From Andalucia godoyi And28 (lineage: Eukaryota; Protista; Jakobida), in assembly GCA_009859145.1 (NCBI GenBank), contig VRVR01000043.1, forward strand, positions 82,721-146,720: DNA of 64,000 nucleotides. Direction: 5' to 3'. Below, piece after piece: positions 30,160 through 42,000 of this stretch. The notes beneath the pieces were generated by a model. That model was given only the letters and a program-made list of their open reading frames with translations, was not told the origin of the DNA and searched no databases. Position 1 is the first letter of the stretch. The number at the start of each line of letters is the position of its first letter. A program made the position numbers and the translations under genes.

Positions 30160-30211
30160 TTCTTGGTTCTTGGTTCTTGGTTCTTGGTTCTTGGTTCTTG
30201 GTTCTTGGTTC
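30160..30211. repeat. Heptanucleotide tandem repeat (TTCTTGG)n, about 7 copies
   Basis: Visible; upstream of the cyclin CDS. Confidence 0.92.
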
Positions 30212-30670
30212 CAGAGTTTTGGTTTCGCTTTGCTATTGGCGCGTTATTATTCCGTCATTCGTCTGCTTGATTTGCTTGTTGTTGTTGTTGGTGGAGAGGG
30301 TTTTTTTGGTCCAGGAAATAGAGACACATCTCCAGAAGCAAAAAACAACAGCAACGCTCTTCACAGATTTGCCTGGACCTTTGGGATCAAGGACTGCTCA
30401 GTGGAATCATTCTAGGAAGAAAGGATTCTGCACTGTTTTTGGTTATCTCACAAGATCTTCTTCTTTGGCAGATCGGTGTTTTTGGGACATATTTTTTCCA
30501 GCCTCGCTTCCCACTCCCAATTATCTTGTTTTTCCCCTCTTCTATTCTAACTAACGTTTTCGTCGTTCAACAATTGGTGAGTAACCCACCGCCTTGTTTG
30601 AACGGTTTGCGAACTCTGTGTCTTTCATCCGACGATCGAAAGACGGCAGCAGTTTCGCAATTTTTCTAAC

Positions 30671-32272
30671 ATGATGGGCAATCCGAACGTTTTGATGTTC
30701 TCCCACGATCCAGCAGTGCTGGATGTGCAATTAGAATCAACTCCCGGTTCGTTGCAGTGGGCGTTCTCTGCCCCACCACCGGCAATGGCAATGGCATCGT
30801 CATTTTCATTTCCACCGTCATTTCCGGCCGCTGCGTCGTCTGTCGCGCTCACTTCCGTGGCTCCCGCCTCAGACTCCGTAACGCAGCAGCGTTGTTCTCT
30901 CTCTGGATCCTCGCTCGTTGATCCACAAACTTGGACGGTGCCGTTCAACTTTGGGCACATGGATCCGGCATATGTATCGTGGGTCCCTGTCCCCGCGAGT
31001 ACCATGGGACGTGCTCCGTCTTGCGCTCCTGTCTCTGGGCAGTCTTCATGTGGATGTGGTGGCAATAGCGGTTCTGGTGGCAACTGCCAGGTGCATTTGC
31101 AGAATATCCGCACTGGCTGTGCTCTCAATTCTCTTGTTCTTCCCGAAGAAATGCATCTTACTGGTTTGCCGTCACACATTTCCTGTAACGAATCTCCTCC
31201 GCGCCCAAATTTGAGAATGATGGCCAGCTCTTCCGTGTTTGATTGCACAGGGTCGGGGCCAGGATCTCCTGTTCCACTGTCGCACGGCCGAAATGATCCG
31301 CTGTCTTTTGCGGTCATTGTTCCGGTCCTTGCTTGCATATTGGAACGGATGGTTGTTCGGAATAAGCATTCTGAACTTGATTGCGTGACGCTGTTTCATT
31401 CAAACTGCCAGCCGTCCATTTCGGTGCGTCAGTACTTGGATCGGATCGTTGGGCATTCCGGCTGTTCTCCGGAATGTCTTGTCCTGGCGCTGATGTACCT
31501 GGATCGGATCTCCACGCACAACCAAAAACTGGTCATCTCGGGCCTTTCGGTGCACCGCCTGCTCATCACGGCGGTCATGACGGCAGCCAAGTTTTTTGAT
31601 GATGCGTACTATAACAACGCGCACTACGCCCTTATCGGCGGGGTCTCTGCAGCAGAAATGAATGCTATGGAACTGGAGTTCTTGTACATGGTGGACTTCT
31701 CGCTTTCGTTCACTCCCGAGGAGTTTGAACAGTACAGGCACGAGGTTCTTATGCATGCCGTGGTACCGCACACAGACTGCTCTTGCCAGCTTGAAGTGCT
31801 CCCTGTCTGGAATCCGTTTCCCTATGATGGTTTGTATTCTCCATCGTCTCCATCGTTCTCGACACAGCTCCCATCGTCAGGGTCGGTCCCCAATTCTGTA
31901 TCCATTCAATCATTCTCGACTGTCGGTCTTCCGTCACCTGGATGTGTGTCAGTGAACTCGACAAGTCGTCAATCATCCCCCTTCCCACCTCCCTTCATGG
32001 ACGTCCATATGTTCGTGATGAATCAGAACATGATGACAACCCCGCACCTCCAGTCTTGCCCGAACATGGCGGCGTACAACGCTGGTGTGGTGATGAATAC
32101 CGCAAATGGCATTGGGTATGCGCACGACTATGCGTCGCCTTTTATCCAAGAACAGCAATTATTTCCTCCTCCTCCGCCCCAAGTCCTTTATCCCAGTGTT
32201 GTGCCATTCGTTGCTGTTTCTGGTGAGGATTGGATGCACGCCCGCTATTCTCAAGTTGCGTATCGCGCTTGA
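30671..32272 (+). CDS. PHO80/CYCU (P-type) cyclin with long N- and C-terminal extensions; start uncertain
   Basis: Cyclin box FHS...PSISVRQYLDRI...CSPECLVLALMYLDR...VHRLLITAVMTAAKFFDDAYYNNAHYALIGGV...EMNAMELEFL. Confidence 0.9.
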   Translation: MMGNPNVLMFSHDPAVLDVQLESTPGSLQWAFSAPPPAMAMASSFSFPPSFPAAASSVALTSVAPASDSVTQQRCSLSGSSLVDPQTWTVPFNFGHMDPAYVSWVPVPASTMGRAPSCAPVSGQSSCGCGGNSGSGGNCQVHLQNIRTGCALNSLVLPEEMHLTGLPSHISCNESPPRPNLRMMASSSVFDCTGSGPGSPVPLSHGRNDPLSFAVIVPVLACILERMVVRNKHSELDCVTLFHSNCQPSISVRQYLDRIVGHSGCSPECLVLALMYLDRISTHNQKLVISGLSVHRLLITAVMTAAKFFDDAYYNNAHYALIGGVSAAEMNAMELEFLYMVDFSLSFTPEEFEQYRHEVLMHAVVPHTDCSCQLEVLPVWNPFPYDGLYSPSSPSFSTQLPSSGSVPNSVSIQSFSTVGLPSPGCVSVNSTSRQSSPFPPPFMDVHMFVMNQNMMTTPHLQSCPNMAAYNAGVVMNTANGIGYAHDYASPFIQEQQLFPPPPPQVLYPSVVPFVAVSGEDWMHARYSQVAYRA

Positions 32273-32758
32273 CAGACACATACTGCTTTTGTGTGTGTGT
32301 GTGTGTGTGTGTTGAAAACAAAGCTGCTGTCTGGTATTTCGAGGCGTTAGTGCGGTTTGTAGTGTGATGTTGTTGTTTTCTATTTTCGTGGATGTGTGGA
32401 TGCAGCGTCTTTGCCATTGTTCGTTTGCGATGGAATTCGCTGTACAATGTGCTTTCGTGCGCCCCTTCCGCTTTTCTGCTTCGCTCGTCGTGTGCTTTTC
32501 GTCTAATTCTACTGTTCTTTCTTTTTCTTTTCTTTTTTCTTTTTTCTTTTTTTTTCTTTTTTTTCGTTTTTTTTTGAAAATGGCTCTCTCTCTTTTCACT
32601 TCCCCTTTATGTTTTTTGGTCGGCTTTTTCTCCTCCTCGATGATCAAACAAAAACGAAGCAAACAAGAAGTACTGTAGAAAGAATCAATAAATAAAGAAA
32701 TCGGTCATTATTCAACAACAACAAACAAAACAAAACAAAACAAAAACCAGATGGTTTA

Positions 32759-35413
32759 TTATGCTTGCTGTCCCTTCCGTGCCTTGTTGATGTATTCTCG
32801 AATGAATTGGAACGCAGCGGCGTCTTCCGTTGGTCGGTGTGCCAAGATTAGCACGCACGTGTCCTTTTCATCTTGGTTCTTCGCACGCTGGTAGCGACTG
32901 ATAAGCGCTGAAGTTTCCATCGAAATGAAATTGTTCGCCATGTCCTTCAGCCGTTTCGTCTGCACCGTGACCTGATTGAGATCCAGTCCGTCTCCTCCAG
33001 CATAGAAAAACTGCTCCAACAGCGTGAGATCGTTTAGGAAAACCGGAACAAACGTCACATGGTCAAAAATTCGCTGAACACCCCCGTGGAGCACGACGAA
33101 TTCAAGCGCACGAAGAATGCCGCGCAGCAGTCCAAAGATGATGTCATCGACCACATTTTCGTGGGCGATGTCACAAATCTTGCCGAGCAGTGGATCAAGT
33201 TTCCGCAAAGACACTCCGAGTGTCTGGCCCTTTGCGCCACCAATATACAAACCATCGAGAAGCGTCGGGGCCAACTCCACGAAAGCGACCCGTAAACCCA
33301 AATACTCACACATCGAGCGCTGGCCGTCAATTAATGTTTCGATAACATGCTGGACTTCCTTTCCTTCAGGCGCAAAGAAAAACTCTGCCCCATTGTCTTC
33401 TGTGATCTGATCGACGGCAAACTGCAGATTGTTGATCCGCAGTATAATCGATTCAAGAGGGATGGCACCCATAAAAGATGCCCGTAGCGGTTGGTTCGCG
33501 GCAGGCAAACGCAATTTGAACTTCAGGATTGGGGGAGGCTTCGGCAGCAGCTCCTCCGCAACGTCTCTGCTGAATTCCTGCACGAGCGTAGTGCAATACA
33601 GCTGGACAAGCTGCCCAATAATACGATTCCACAACAACTGAAACCGTCTCGGAAGCGAAGGCAACTTGTTCTGGTTGATGGCTGTCAACAAATCCACAAT
33701 CGACGTTGTGGGATGCTTGGGCAATTGCGCACGTGGATCAAACATGTCGTACGAAAAGGCGTTCTGCATGATCTCCACCAATCGAAGCTGCTTTTCATTC
33801 ATTGACGTCACAATCATGTCGTGATACTGATCAATCTTGAAAACATCTTCCACATCCGGTGGAGACGTAAAATCCACCGGACCGCTGGACAGCAACTGCA
33901 ATTCGGACATGAACATGGTGGACACATCAAACACCGTAATTGGAGAAAGTCGAGATTTGCTTTCTGCAGACTGGACAAATCGAAGAACCGATCGCAACAT
34001 TGAGCGTTCCGGCCACCGAGCGTCCTGCGCCAAGAAATGCTTCATCAGTGGGTAAAAGTACTGACGGTTTGAGTCAAGTTCCTTCTTCACCTCGTTGAGC
34101 AATGCAGTAACAGATGTCTTGACGTTCACGGTCACCAACTTCGTTTGGGGTCCATCCGTCTCTTCCGCGCCTTCAACGGGGCGCTCCTCCTGAATCGGGT
34201 CCGTCATGTCGTGAATAATGCGATCCAGAATTCGGTTCATCGTCAACGTGATAAATCGCTTAACGTGCGCTTCCACATCTTTTGGGCAGACAAAGGAGAA
34301 GATGTCGAGGAAAACAGACAAGACAGACGGATCCAATGCAAAATTCGCCGTATAGTCACTCATGAGGGAGTAGACCATCCTTTGAATTCTTGCGAACACC
34401 ACTGAGGTGTAGGTGAAATTCAAGACTGTGCGGTTCTTCGACAGCCTTTCCAAATGGGGCAACAAATGGCTGGCAAAGTCCAGGTTATCGCGAGTGGCCT
34501 CTGCGAGAGCCAACAGCCAGGCAACATGATAATACTCTTCGGAGGGGCACAGGACTTGCAGGGCATCTCTTGTTGCGTCCCGTTGGTTCTGGTTGTCAAT
34601 GAACTCGGTAGTCGCGCAACAGACCTGCAGCATCTTAGCGAACATGCAGAATACGACGTAATTGTCGTCTCCGTAGGCGGTCAGACGCTCGTGTGTCTTT
34701 TCCTTTCGTTCCTCGTCAAGCAGTCTGAAATAATCGATAGGATTCTTTGAAGCAATTTCAAAATAAGCCGGAACTGCAAATCCCTTCTTCGACGACAATG
34801 CAGACAATTCCTTCCATGCCTTTAGAGCATTCACTTCAAACGTGGTGAACACAGAGTCCGTCTGCGCATTCATCAGCAGTTCTCGCAGAACCTTGCCGTG
34901 CAATCGAGCAGAGATGTCGCAAGCAGGACGCACCACCATCAAGAACGCGTCCAGTTGGTCCTGCAACAGCAAGTGCAGAAATCGAGACTTGCACAGAAAC
35001 GCCTCGTATGCAAAAACCACAAGATCCGAGTCATCGATTCCTAGGTCCTTGATTGGCGGAACCCCGTCTTCTAGCTTTGCAGGCGCTGATGAAGATGATG
35101 ATGAGGATGGGTCATCGCCGGCACAAAGCTTGGACAAGACCGAATCTCGGATATCAGCGTTTGGAGAAGTGGGAGAATCTGTTGCAGAGCTGGACACTTT
35201 CAGTGTTTCACGTTCCGCAGCAGGGAGGAATGGGCCGAGATCGACATCCGCGAAATTGGAGACCTTGTCGAGAATGGGGTCGACTGGGACTTGCGACCAG
35301 TTGATTTCGTCCAAATTTGCAGAGATTGGGATAAACGAGGAAGTAGAAACGACAAACCGAAGCAGCTTGTCGCGCTCTGCCTGAAGCTTTTCTACATCCA
35401 GCAAAGAAGCCAT
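32759..35413 (-). CDS. Unc13-like MUN-domain protein, PATROL1/DUF810-like
   Basis: Motifs DDSDLVVFAYEAFL, IRINNLQF, VLHGGVQRIF...DLTLLEQFFYAGGDGL...ETSALI and LILAHR...AFQFI match recalled PATROL1 motifs. ATG at 35413. Confidence 0.75.
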   Translation of the reverse strand: MASLLDVEKLQAERDKLLRFVVSTSSFIPISANLDEINWSQVPVDPILDKVSNFADVDLGPFLPAAERETLKVSSSATDSPTSPNADIRDSVLSKLCAGDDPSSSSSSSAPAKLEDGVPPIKDLGIDDSDLVVFAYEAFLCKSRFLHLLLQDQLDAFLMVVRPACDISARLHGKVLRELLMNAQTDSVFTTFEVNALKAWKELSALSSKKGFAVPAYFEIASKNPIDYFRLLDEERKEKTHERLTAYGDDNYVVFCMFAKMLQVCCATTEFIDNQNQRDATRDALQVLCPSEEYYHVAWLLALAEATRDNLDFASHLLPHLERLSKNRTVLNFTYTSVVFARIQRMVYSLMSDYTANFALDPSVLSVFLDIFSFVCPKDVEAHVKRFITLTMNRILDRIIHDMTDPIQEERPVEGAEETDGPQTKLVTVNVKTSVTALLNEVKKELDSNRQYFYPLMKHFLAQDARWPERSMLRSVLRFVQSAESKSRLSPITVFDVSTMFMSELQLLSSGPVDFTSPPDVEDVFKIDQYHDMIVTSMNEKQLRLVEIMQNAFSYDMFDPRAQLPKHPTTSIVDLLTAINQNKLPSLPRRFQLLWNRIIGQLVQLYCTTLVQEFSRDVAEELLPKPPPILKFKLRLPAANQPLRASFMGAIPLESIILRINNLQFAVDQITEDNGAEFFFAPEGKEVQHVIETLIDGQRSMCEYLGLRVAFVELAPTLLDGLYIGGAKGQTLGVSLRKLDPLLGKICDIAHENVVDDIIFGLLRGILRALEFVVLHGGVQRIFDHVTFVPVFLNDLTLLEQFFYAGGDGLDLNQVTVQTKRLKDMANNFISMETSALISRYQRAKNQDEKDTCVLILAHRPTEDAAAFQFIREYINKARKGQQA

Positions 35414-36069
35414 AGGTTCTTTTCTTTTCTCTCTCTCTCTCTCTCTCTGCAAGCTACGCTATGGCAGGAATTCTTTCCTTGGTATCCTCCTGTCCTAATG
35501 CTGTGTTGCTGCACTCTGTCCGTGGGTTCAAGTGCACACTGCAGGAGAAAAACAGAGGCGCTTTTTTTTGTTGTGTTTTGAAAACAAAAACGAGCTGAGC
35601 GCCCCCTTCCCCGTCGGGGAATTGCCTGATGGAGGGGGCAGCGGGTTACAAAAGCGGAGAATTTTTCCGAAGCACATCCCGACCTTGGCTTGATTCTGCA
35701 GCCCTGCATCAAAACTAGCAGCCAGCAACCTCCTCCAAAACTCCTTGGTTCCTGGCCTCTCTCGTCTCTTGCAGCCACTGGGAAAGGGCCAAAACAATCG
35801 ACGTTGCGCCTGTTTGCTGCACATTGCTTCACCTCTCCTTCTCCTCTTTCCTCTTTTATTTTATTTTATTTATATTATTTATTTTTAACGAAGATTGTTG
35901 TTGATAATTCTGATAATTCATCCATTCATTCTCGCTTTCTCTCCTTTTTTCCCTTCCTTTTTTCCTTCAAAAAATCCTTTTTCATTTGCTTTTCTCTGTG
36001 TCGTCTCCCATCACTGCTCCTGGTGTTGTTTGCTTGTTCTTTGGTTTGTAACCTTTGTTATTGTTGTAG

Positions 36070-39000
36070 ATGGAGACTCAGATTTTCTCGTCTCTTCTGT
36101 CTCAAATTGAAGAAATTCTGGTCTCCTCTGCGGATGCAGATCATGTTGTCCCGGATTCTCCAGTTCTCCATGCTCTTCAACATACAGTAGTGGCATACGG
36201 CCGTCTACCGGACCGTTTTGGATCTGTTTTGGACGCACTACGCATGCTGGAATTGTCCGTCTTGGGCCGGCTTGCACCAACGCCGGCATCGCTGCTTGCG
36301 GGGAAAAAATCTGCTAAAGAAAAAGATCGCGAAGAGCAAATGCTGGCGCACTCCTCGGACCCCACCATGACTGTTGACCAGACTTCGGGCGATGGAACAG
36401 TCGAGTATCGCTGCATTTCGATGATGCACGAGGCATACCGAAATGGTCGGAATTCTGGAATCTCTGAAAAACTGCCCATCGATGTCCTGAAACACGCGTA
36501 TGACCATCTTTCGCCAAAATATTCGCCGTCAGTGCAACGGCGAGCTGCGGAGTTTATGGGAGCCATTTCGTCGCACCAGCTTTCAGAATGCTCGAGGATT
36601 TTCGTCCAGGCGATGAAACTTATTAAGAAGGATGATGATGAGAGAGCATTTGTTCCTTACCAAGCTGCCGTGCGATTTCTGTCATTTTCTCTTTCCCCTC
36701 CTGAAAAGTCAGTGGCTTCTTCGTCGTCTGCAAGCGCTGCGCACAATCGATCCAGATCTGCAATGTCTAGCGACAAGAGTTCTGACAAGTCTGACGATCT
36801 TTCGCCGATTCAGAACTGCACGTTATCCTACCTCGAAGAACTGATTGCTGTCATGCCAAAGATCGACAGAGGAGTGCTGCGCAAGCAAATTTGCGATTCG
36901 CTAAAGTCCATGTTTTTGAGGTCCTCTGGAATCGATATCTTGTACCGCACGAATTCGCAGTTTGCCGAGATTTTCCGAAAGATCTACGTGCAAGTCACGA
37001 AGTGGGCGAAGAAAGGGAAGCACACGATGTTCAGTTTGTCGCTCATGAGCGTCATGCTGTGCGTATCTGCTCCGGAATTCTTTTCTTCAAAGAAACCGTC
37101 TTTTGCAGAAGATTTCTTTAAAACCTACTGGCCATTCATTACTTCCAAAGAAGTTCCAGTTTCGTATGCATTGCAACTCTTTGCAGATTTCTTGGGGTTT
37201 GTGAACGACCGGGTTCTTGCGGAATGCTCTGCAGACTTTGAATCTTGGATGGTGAAGACGCTGAATATCATTCTTCCTCCCAAGAAGTCCTCCGTGTTGG
37301 TGGTTTCTCTCGAGTCTGACGAGGCTCGAGTGCTCGAAGACACGATTGTCAATCTCGGGCGCAAGCACTTGGCCTTTGCGATGAATTTTGTCCGCGATGT
37401 GTTGTCGGAACCGTACACAGATGTTCAGCGAGGTATCGTGCTGAGAGCCCTTGCGCGCGTTGCTCAGGAAAGCAGAGACAAGATGGTTCCCTACCACTTG
37501 CAGTTTGGTCCGCTGTTGCACGCGTTTTTGCAGATGCAGAATGTTGATCTTCCTGTTTTGCGGTCGATTTTCCTTTGCTTTCCGCATATTAAGCACCCGT
37601 CTCCAGATAAGATGGCTGAGATCCGTGATCTTACAGGGAATTTTGTTCTGCATGCGGATCGCCAAGTTTCGCAGTCTGCTGCATTGTCGTTGAAAGAGTA
37701 TGCTGTTATCGATGAACATATGCTCGAGGTGTTGCGCATCTATGCCGCAGTGTTGTCGAACATTGACGTCCTGGCCATGCGATCCTCAATTGTTCTTCGA
37801 ATCTTCCAACAAACGCAGCTTATTCTGTCGTCGCTTTCCAAAGAAACGTTGTCGAATATGGACAAAGCCTCGCAGTTGACCCTGATCCATTTGCGCCTGC
37901 GACTAGAGTCCATTGCGATCATGTGGCTGCAACATCCGGATCCGATTATGGAGTATGAGGCTGTAAGACTGCTTGTGTACCTGGCATCGGACCATCTTGC
38001 GCAGTGTGAGTCGATTGCTGTTGAGGGCATTGAGTTGCGCATCCCGCCAGCTGCAGCCACAGTGCTTGGGGTGGACAATGCAGAAACTGCAAACGCTGAA
38101 GAGCTGCGTCGTTCTCTCCTGACGTCAAAGTTCCGATCGGTCCTTGATGTCCAGATTCAATGCGCCTGGCGGGAACTGATAAGCAGATGGAATTCGTCTG
38201 TCCTCGTCAGTGGAATTGCGTTTTCCACTCCGAATCCGACAAACTCTGCATCCGACCCTTCTCCTATTGATCTGTACGAAGAGGATCTGGACGAGAACGT
38301 TCGCACGGAGTTGATTCACAACTTGTTGTTGTTCCTGTGCTCGACGGTGACAACGGAAGACGAACATGCCTGTGCCCTTGCTGTGAATGACGGCAACTAT
38401 GGAATTCCTCCTTTGCCGCGAATCCGCAATGCAGATGTCTTGTCTTTTGTTTTGTGCTTCGTCAGGTTTTTGCACACCGAGAAGGAAGATCTGCGGAATG
38501 CTGCGGTCCGGTCCACTATTTCAGTGACCCCGTCGTGTGTTGAGGCTTTCGCTTCTGCTCTGCGTGACACATCGAACGGAGAGAAGCCGCTGCCTCCTGG
38601 TACCCCTGCTTCTGTCATGGCGAAGAGAAAGGCACAGAATCCGTATCAGGTCGACCCAGAGTACGAAAAAGCAGCGATTAATATTCTTGCAAATCTCGGT
38701 GCATGCGTCGACGTGTCGCAGTATCCGACTGCGTACTCCTCGTATCATGAATGGATGGAACAGCTGCTTGGAGTGTGGATTTTCCATAGAAAACCGCAGA
38801 TTTCTTCGACATTCGTCGGAATTCAGTCGGCATATCACCCTCGAGCTCTTGCTGCCATTGGGCATTGGGTCCGATTGTTGGTGGACGCCCCCCAAAGAGT
38901 GGATCCCATTACCCTGAAAAATTCTCCGCCATCGGAACATCAGAGAGTGTTCAAAGATTATGCTGCTTCATCGTGCTTCTCGGACAGCAAGGACGACCGT

Positions 39001-42000
39001 CTGCTGTTCGTGTCATCGTTATTCCGCTATTCAAGCGCAGTTGATTCTGAGGATCTGTTCCACGCTTTCCTGCAATTCATTCATGCGAACGTTGAGGACG
39101 ATGCCACCTATGAGCGTGCAATTGCCGCCATGCGTTCACTCGTTCTTAATGAAGTGAAGCGAGTCCCCGTCTTGTTGGACCTGGTCTTTATGAACAATGA
39201 TCATTTGTTCTTGAGGGCTCTTGTGGAAGAGTATACCGCTGGTTCAATCGTCGGATTGATTCCGAAGGCACAGGTTTATGTGATTGCTTCGTACTTTTCA
39301 ACTTCTGCCTTGTTCTCGCTTCGCTATCAAGCGTGCATTCTGGGGAAGACGTATTATCCAGAAGCAACGGATAATGCTTCGCTTTTGAATGACCCCGAGG
39401 ACGCGCATCTTATTCACGGGTCTGCAATGAACGATTTTTTCGCGCAACACGATCCGCACGTTACCGTGGACTTTTTGTCAGAGATCAGTCGCGTCATCGA
39501 TCTTCTTTTGAAGGTGAATTCTGCGGCCGGTAACTCTCATTCGGAGACTCTTCTTGGCAGGCTGGAGAGACTGCTTCGTATTTCCCAGCCATGGATCAGG
39601 AATTATGTGCTTTTGGTCTCGTCAATATCGGCAGATCATGAAGACGACGATGCGGTGGAAAGCGACGATGATTACCGCTCACCTGTCGTGTCTGATCCCC
39701 CGTCTCCCGTTTCAAAGCTTCGATTGGGTCCGTCTCCTGACCCAACGTCTCTTTCTATCCTCAAGACTCTCCTTGGCATTACACAGTCCATTAAGCTGGT
39801 GTTTCCGGCTATGTGGCCTCTTCTTGTGGAAGGATGGTTGCAGGTTCTCACGTTCTATCCCAACTCCGAAGTGATTCCGTCCTCTTTTGGGCCTGCCTGG
39901 TCTGAACTGGTCCGTTTCATTGTGTCGCAGTATCAGGACACATTGGCTGATGTCCAGTCTGCTCGGAAATTGGAAACACGGGCGACTCTGACTGCACTGA
40001 TCCTTCACCTGACGAGACCTCGTCCTGGCCAACTTCTTTGCGATCCTGCGTCTTCCTTCTACTTCCGCAGGATTGTTCTCCAACTTCTGACGTCGTTCCT
40101 TCGCCATTACAAAGAGCAGGATTGGAACCCATCGTGTTTGGAGCCAAAGGAGGTGTTGGAAGAGCATCCCTCTGCGACGGAACGTGCTGCATGTGCGCTA
40201 GTAGCATGCGTGGCCGTCGAATGCTTGGTTATAGACCGTCGTTGGAACCCCAGTGTCACTCAGGTGGAAATGGTGAAGCTTGTGCCGTTGTTCCTTCTTC
40301 AAATATTTGTCCTTTTTGACAAGGACACTTACGGTGCTGCTTCCGAGTCATGGTGTGGATACTTCACAAAAGCCTTTGGATCGAAGTCTTCGGATCTAGT
40401 TGATGTTCTGGTTTCTGTCCAGGATTTTGGGTTCCCGTCCGTCGTGGAAGATGTCGCAGAAGGGGCGTACGCATGGATGGTGTCTACCATGGATGCAAAG
40501 ATCCGCCTTCGAGCGTTTGCAGTGTATTCGAAGATCTTGGAAGTGTTCCCCGATCGTCTATCGCTTGCCGAAACACGTGAGCTGCGTATCACCAAGTCGG
40601 TGGTTTTCGCATCGCACGCGAATGTTGACTTGCAATTGTATGAATCCATTCTTTGTGCAATTCCTCGCTTTCCGCTCTCGGAAAAGAACTGTCGAACGTG
40701 GTTCCGTCTGCTTGCATCTGGTCTCTTTGGAGCATCGCGGACACTTTATAAATGCTGCTTGTCTGGGCTTGTGTCTGTTTTGAGCGAAGCTGTTTGGTTG
40801 ACGGAGGACTCTTCAATACTGGCGGAAGAGATTGTAGAAGTTTTCTGCTCTGGTTCAAAATCCATTCCTCTGGACTATGCCGTTGCACAAATCCTTCATT
40901 TTGGGCTTCTTTGTTCCGAGACTATCGAATTGACCATCAAGTTGCTGCAGATCCTTGCGAAAGCAGCTGTTGCCTCTCTTCCGTCTTCCAACAAAATCAT
41001 TGTCTGTATATTGATTGGATACGCTCTTTTGCGTGATAAGAACGGAATGATTGAGCAAAGAGACAGTTTCTTGAACGCATCTGGCTACTCTTCGCTTGCC
41101 ACTTTCCAAAAAGAGAGTTTTACTAAGGCTTTTGACGCTTTAATGGGAGATCAAAACGACGCATGCAGGTTTTCTCTTTGGTTGCTGACGAAAGTCGTCC
41201 GTGATGGTCAGCCGTCCGTGCGCGATTGTTCTTTCACATATCTTGACGAGCTGCTGCCTGTTTTTCAAAGACACTGGACGCATGCTCTGTACGTTGATGT
41301 TCGTTCACTATGTCTGTCTTATGTCACTTCGCAAGTGTCCGCTGCATGGATCAACTCTGCGCGCCATGCACTGTTCTACTGCATTACACACGTTCCTGAA
41401 GGGCTTCGGGAAGAATTGGTGCCGGTGAATTTTGGTTTCTCTTCGAAACCGGTTTCGTATTACACTTCGGGAAAACAGCGAATTGTGAAGCGGAACCTTG
41501 TGTCTTGGGATCGAGCAACTGTTCGAGTGGATGTCGAGTTCTTGACCAACGGACCGGGCATTCCTCGGTTGTCGGCCTTCACAGATCTGGATTGTGAATT
41601 GCTGGGGGCTGTTGGAACAAGAGCCGTTCATTCTGCCTTCAAGTTTGTTGGATGCGATGGCGCTTGGGAGTACGACTTTGACCCAGCCGTTCATGAGCCG
41701 ATGTCCTCGTTTTGCATGTCCGTCTTCTCTGAGACCGAAGAAGTTGTGAAGGGTCTCGACGATTCGTTTGTGTCTCCTTTGGATCGAACCCCATCAAAGA
41801 TGTTCTTGAAACAGTCTGGATCTGAAACTCCCACTTCTACCGGTACCCCAAGACAGTTTGAAGACTCGACTTCAACCGTGATTCCTGTTACAGTCCCCGC
41901 TGCGGCTCCTGTTGCGGCCTCCCTCGACAACGACGAGGAGTCCGACGGATCGCATAATGTTGAAGATGAGGATGTGGACACGAGCATCTCGGAGGACTCG

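Noticed and set aside
29800-30660. Spliced-leader trans-splicing suggested by pyrimidine tracts upstream of some genes
   Set aside because: Genes switch strand frequently with divergent promoter-like gaps, and many leaders are purine-rich. There is no polycistronic pattern.
32272-32759. T-rich and (GT)n tracts between the cyclin and MUN genes
   Set aside because: This is ordinary low-complexity sequence in convergent 3' UTRs. The ORFs called there are compositional artefacts.
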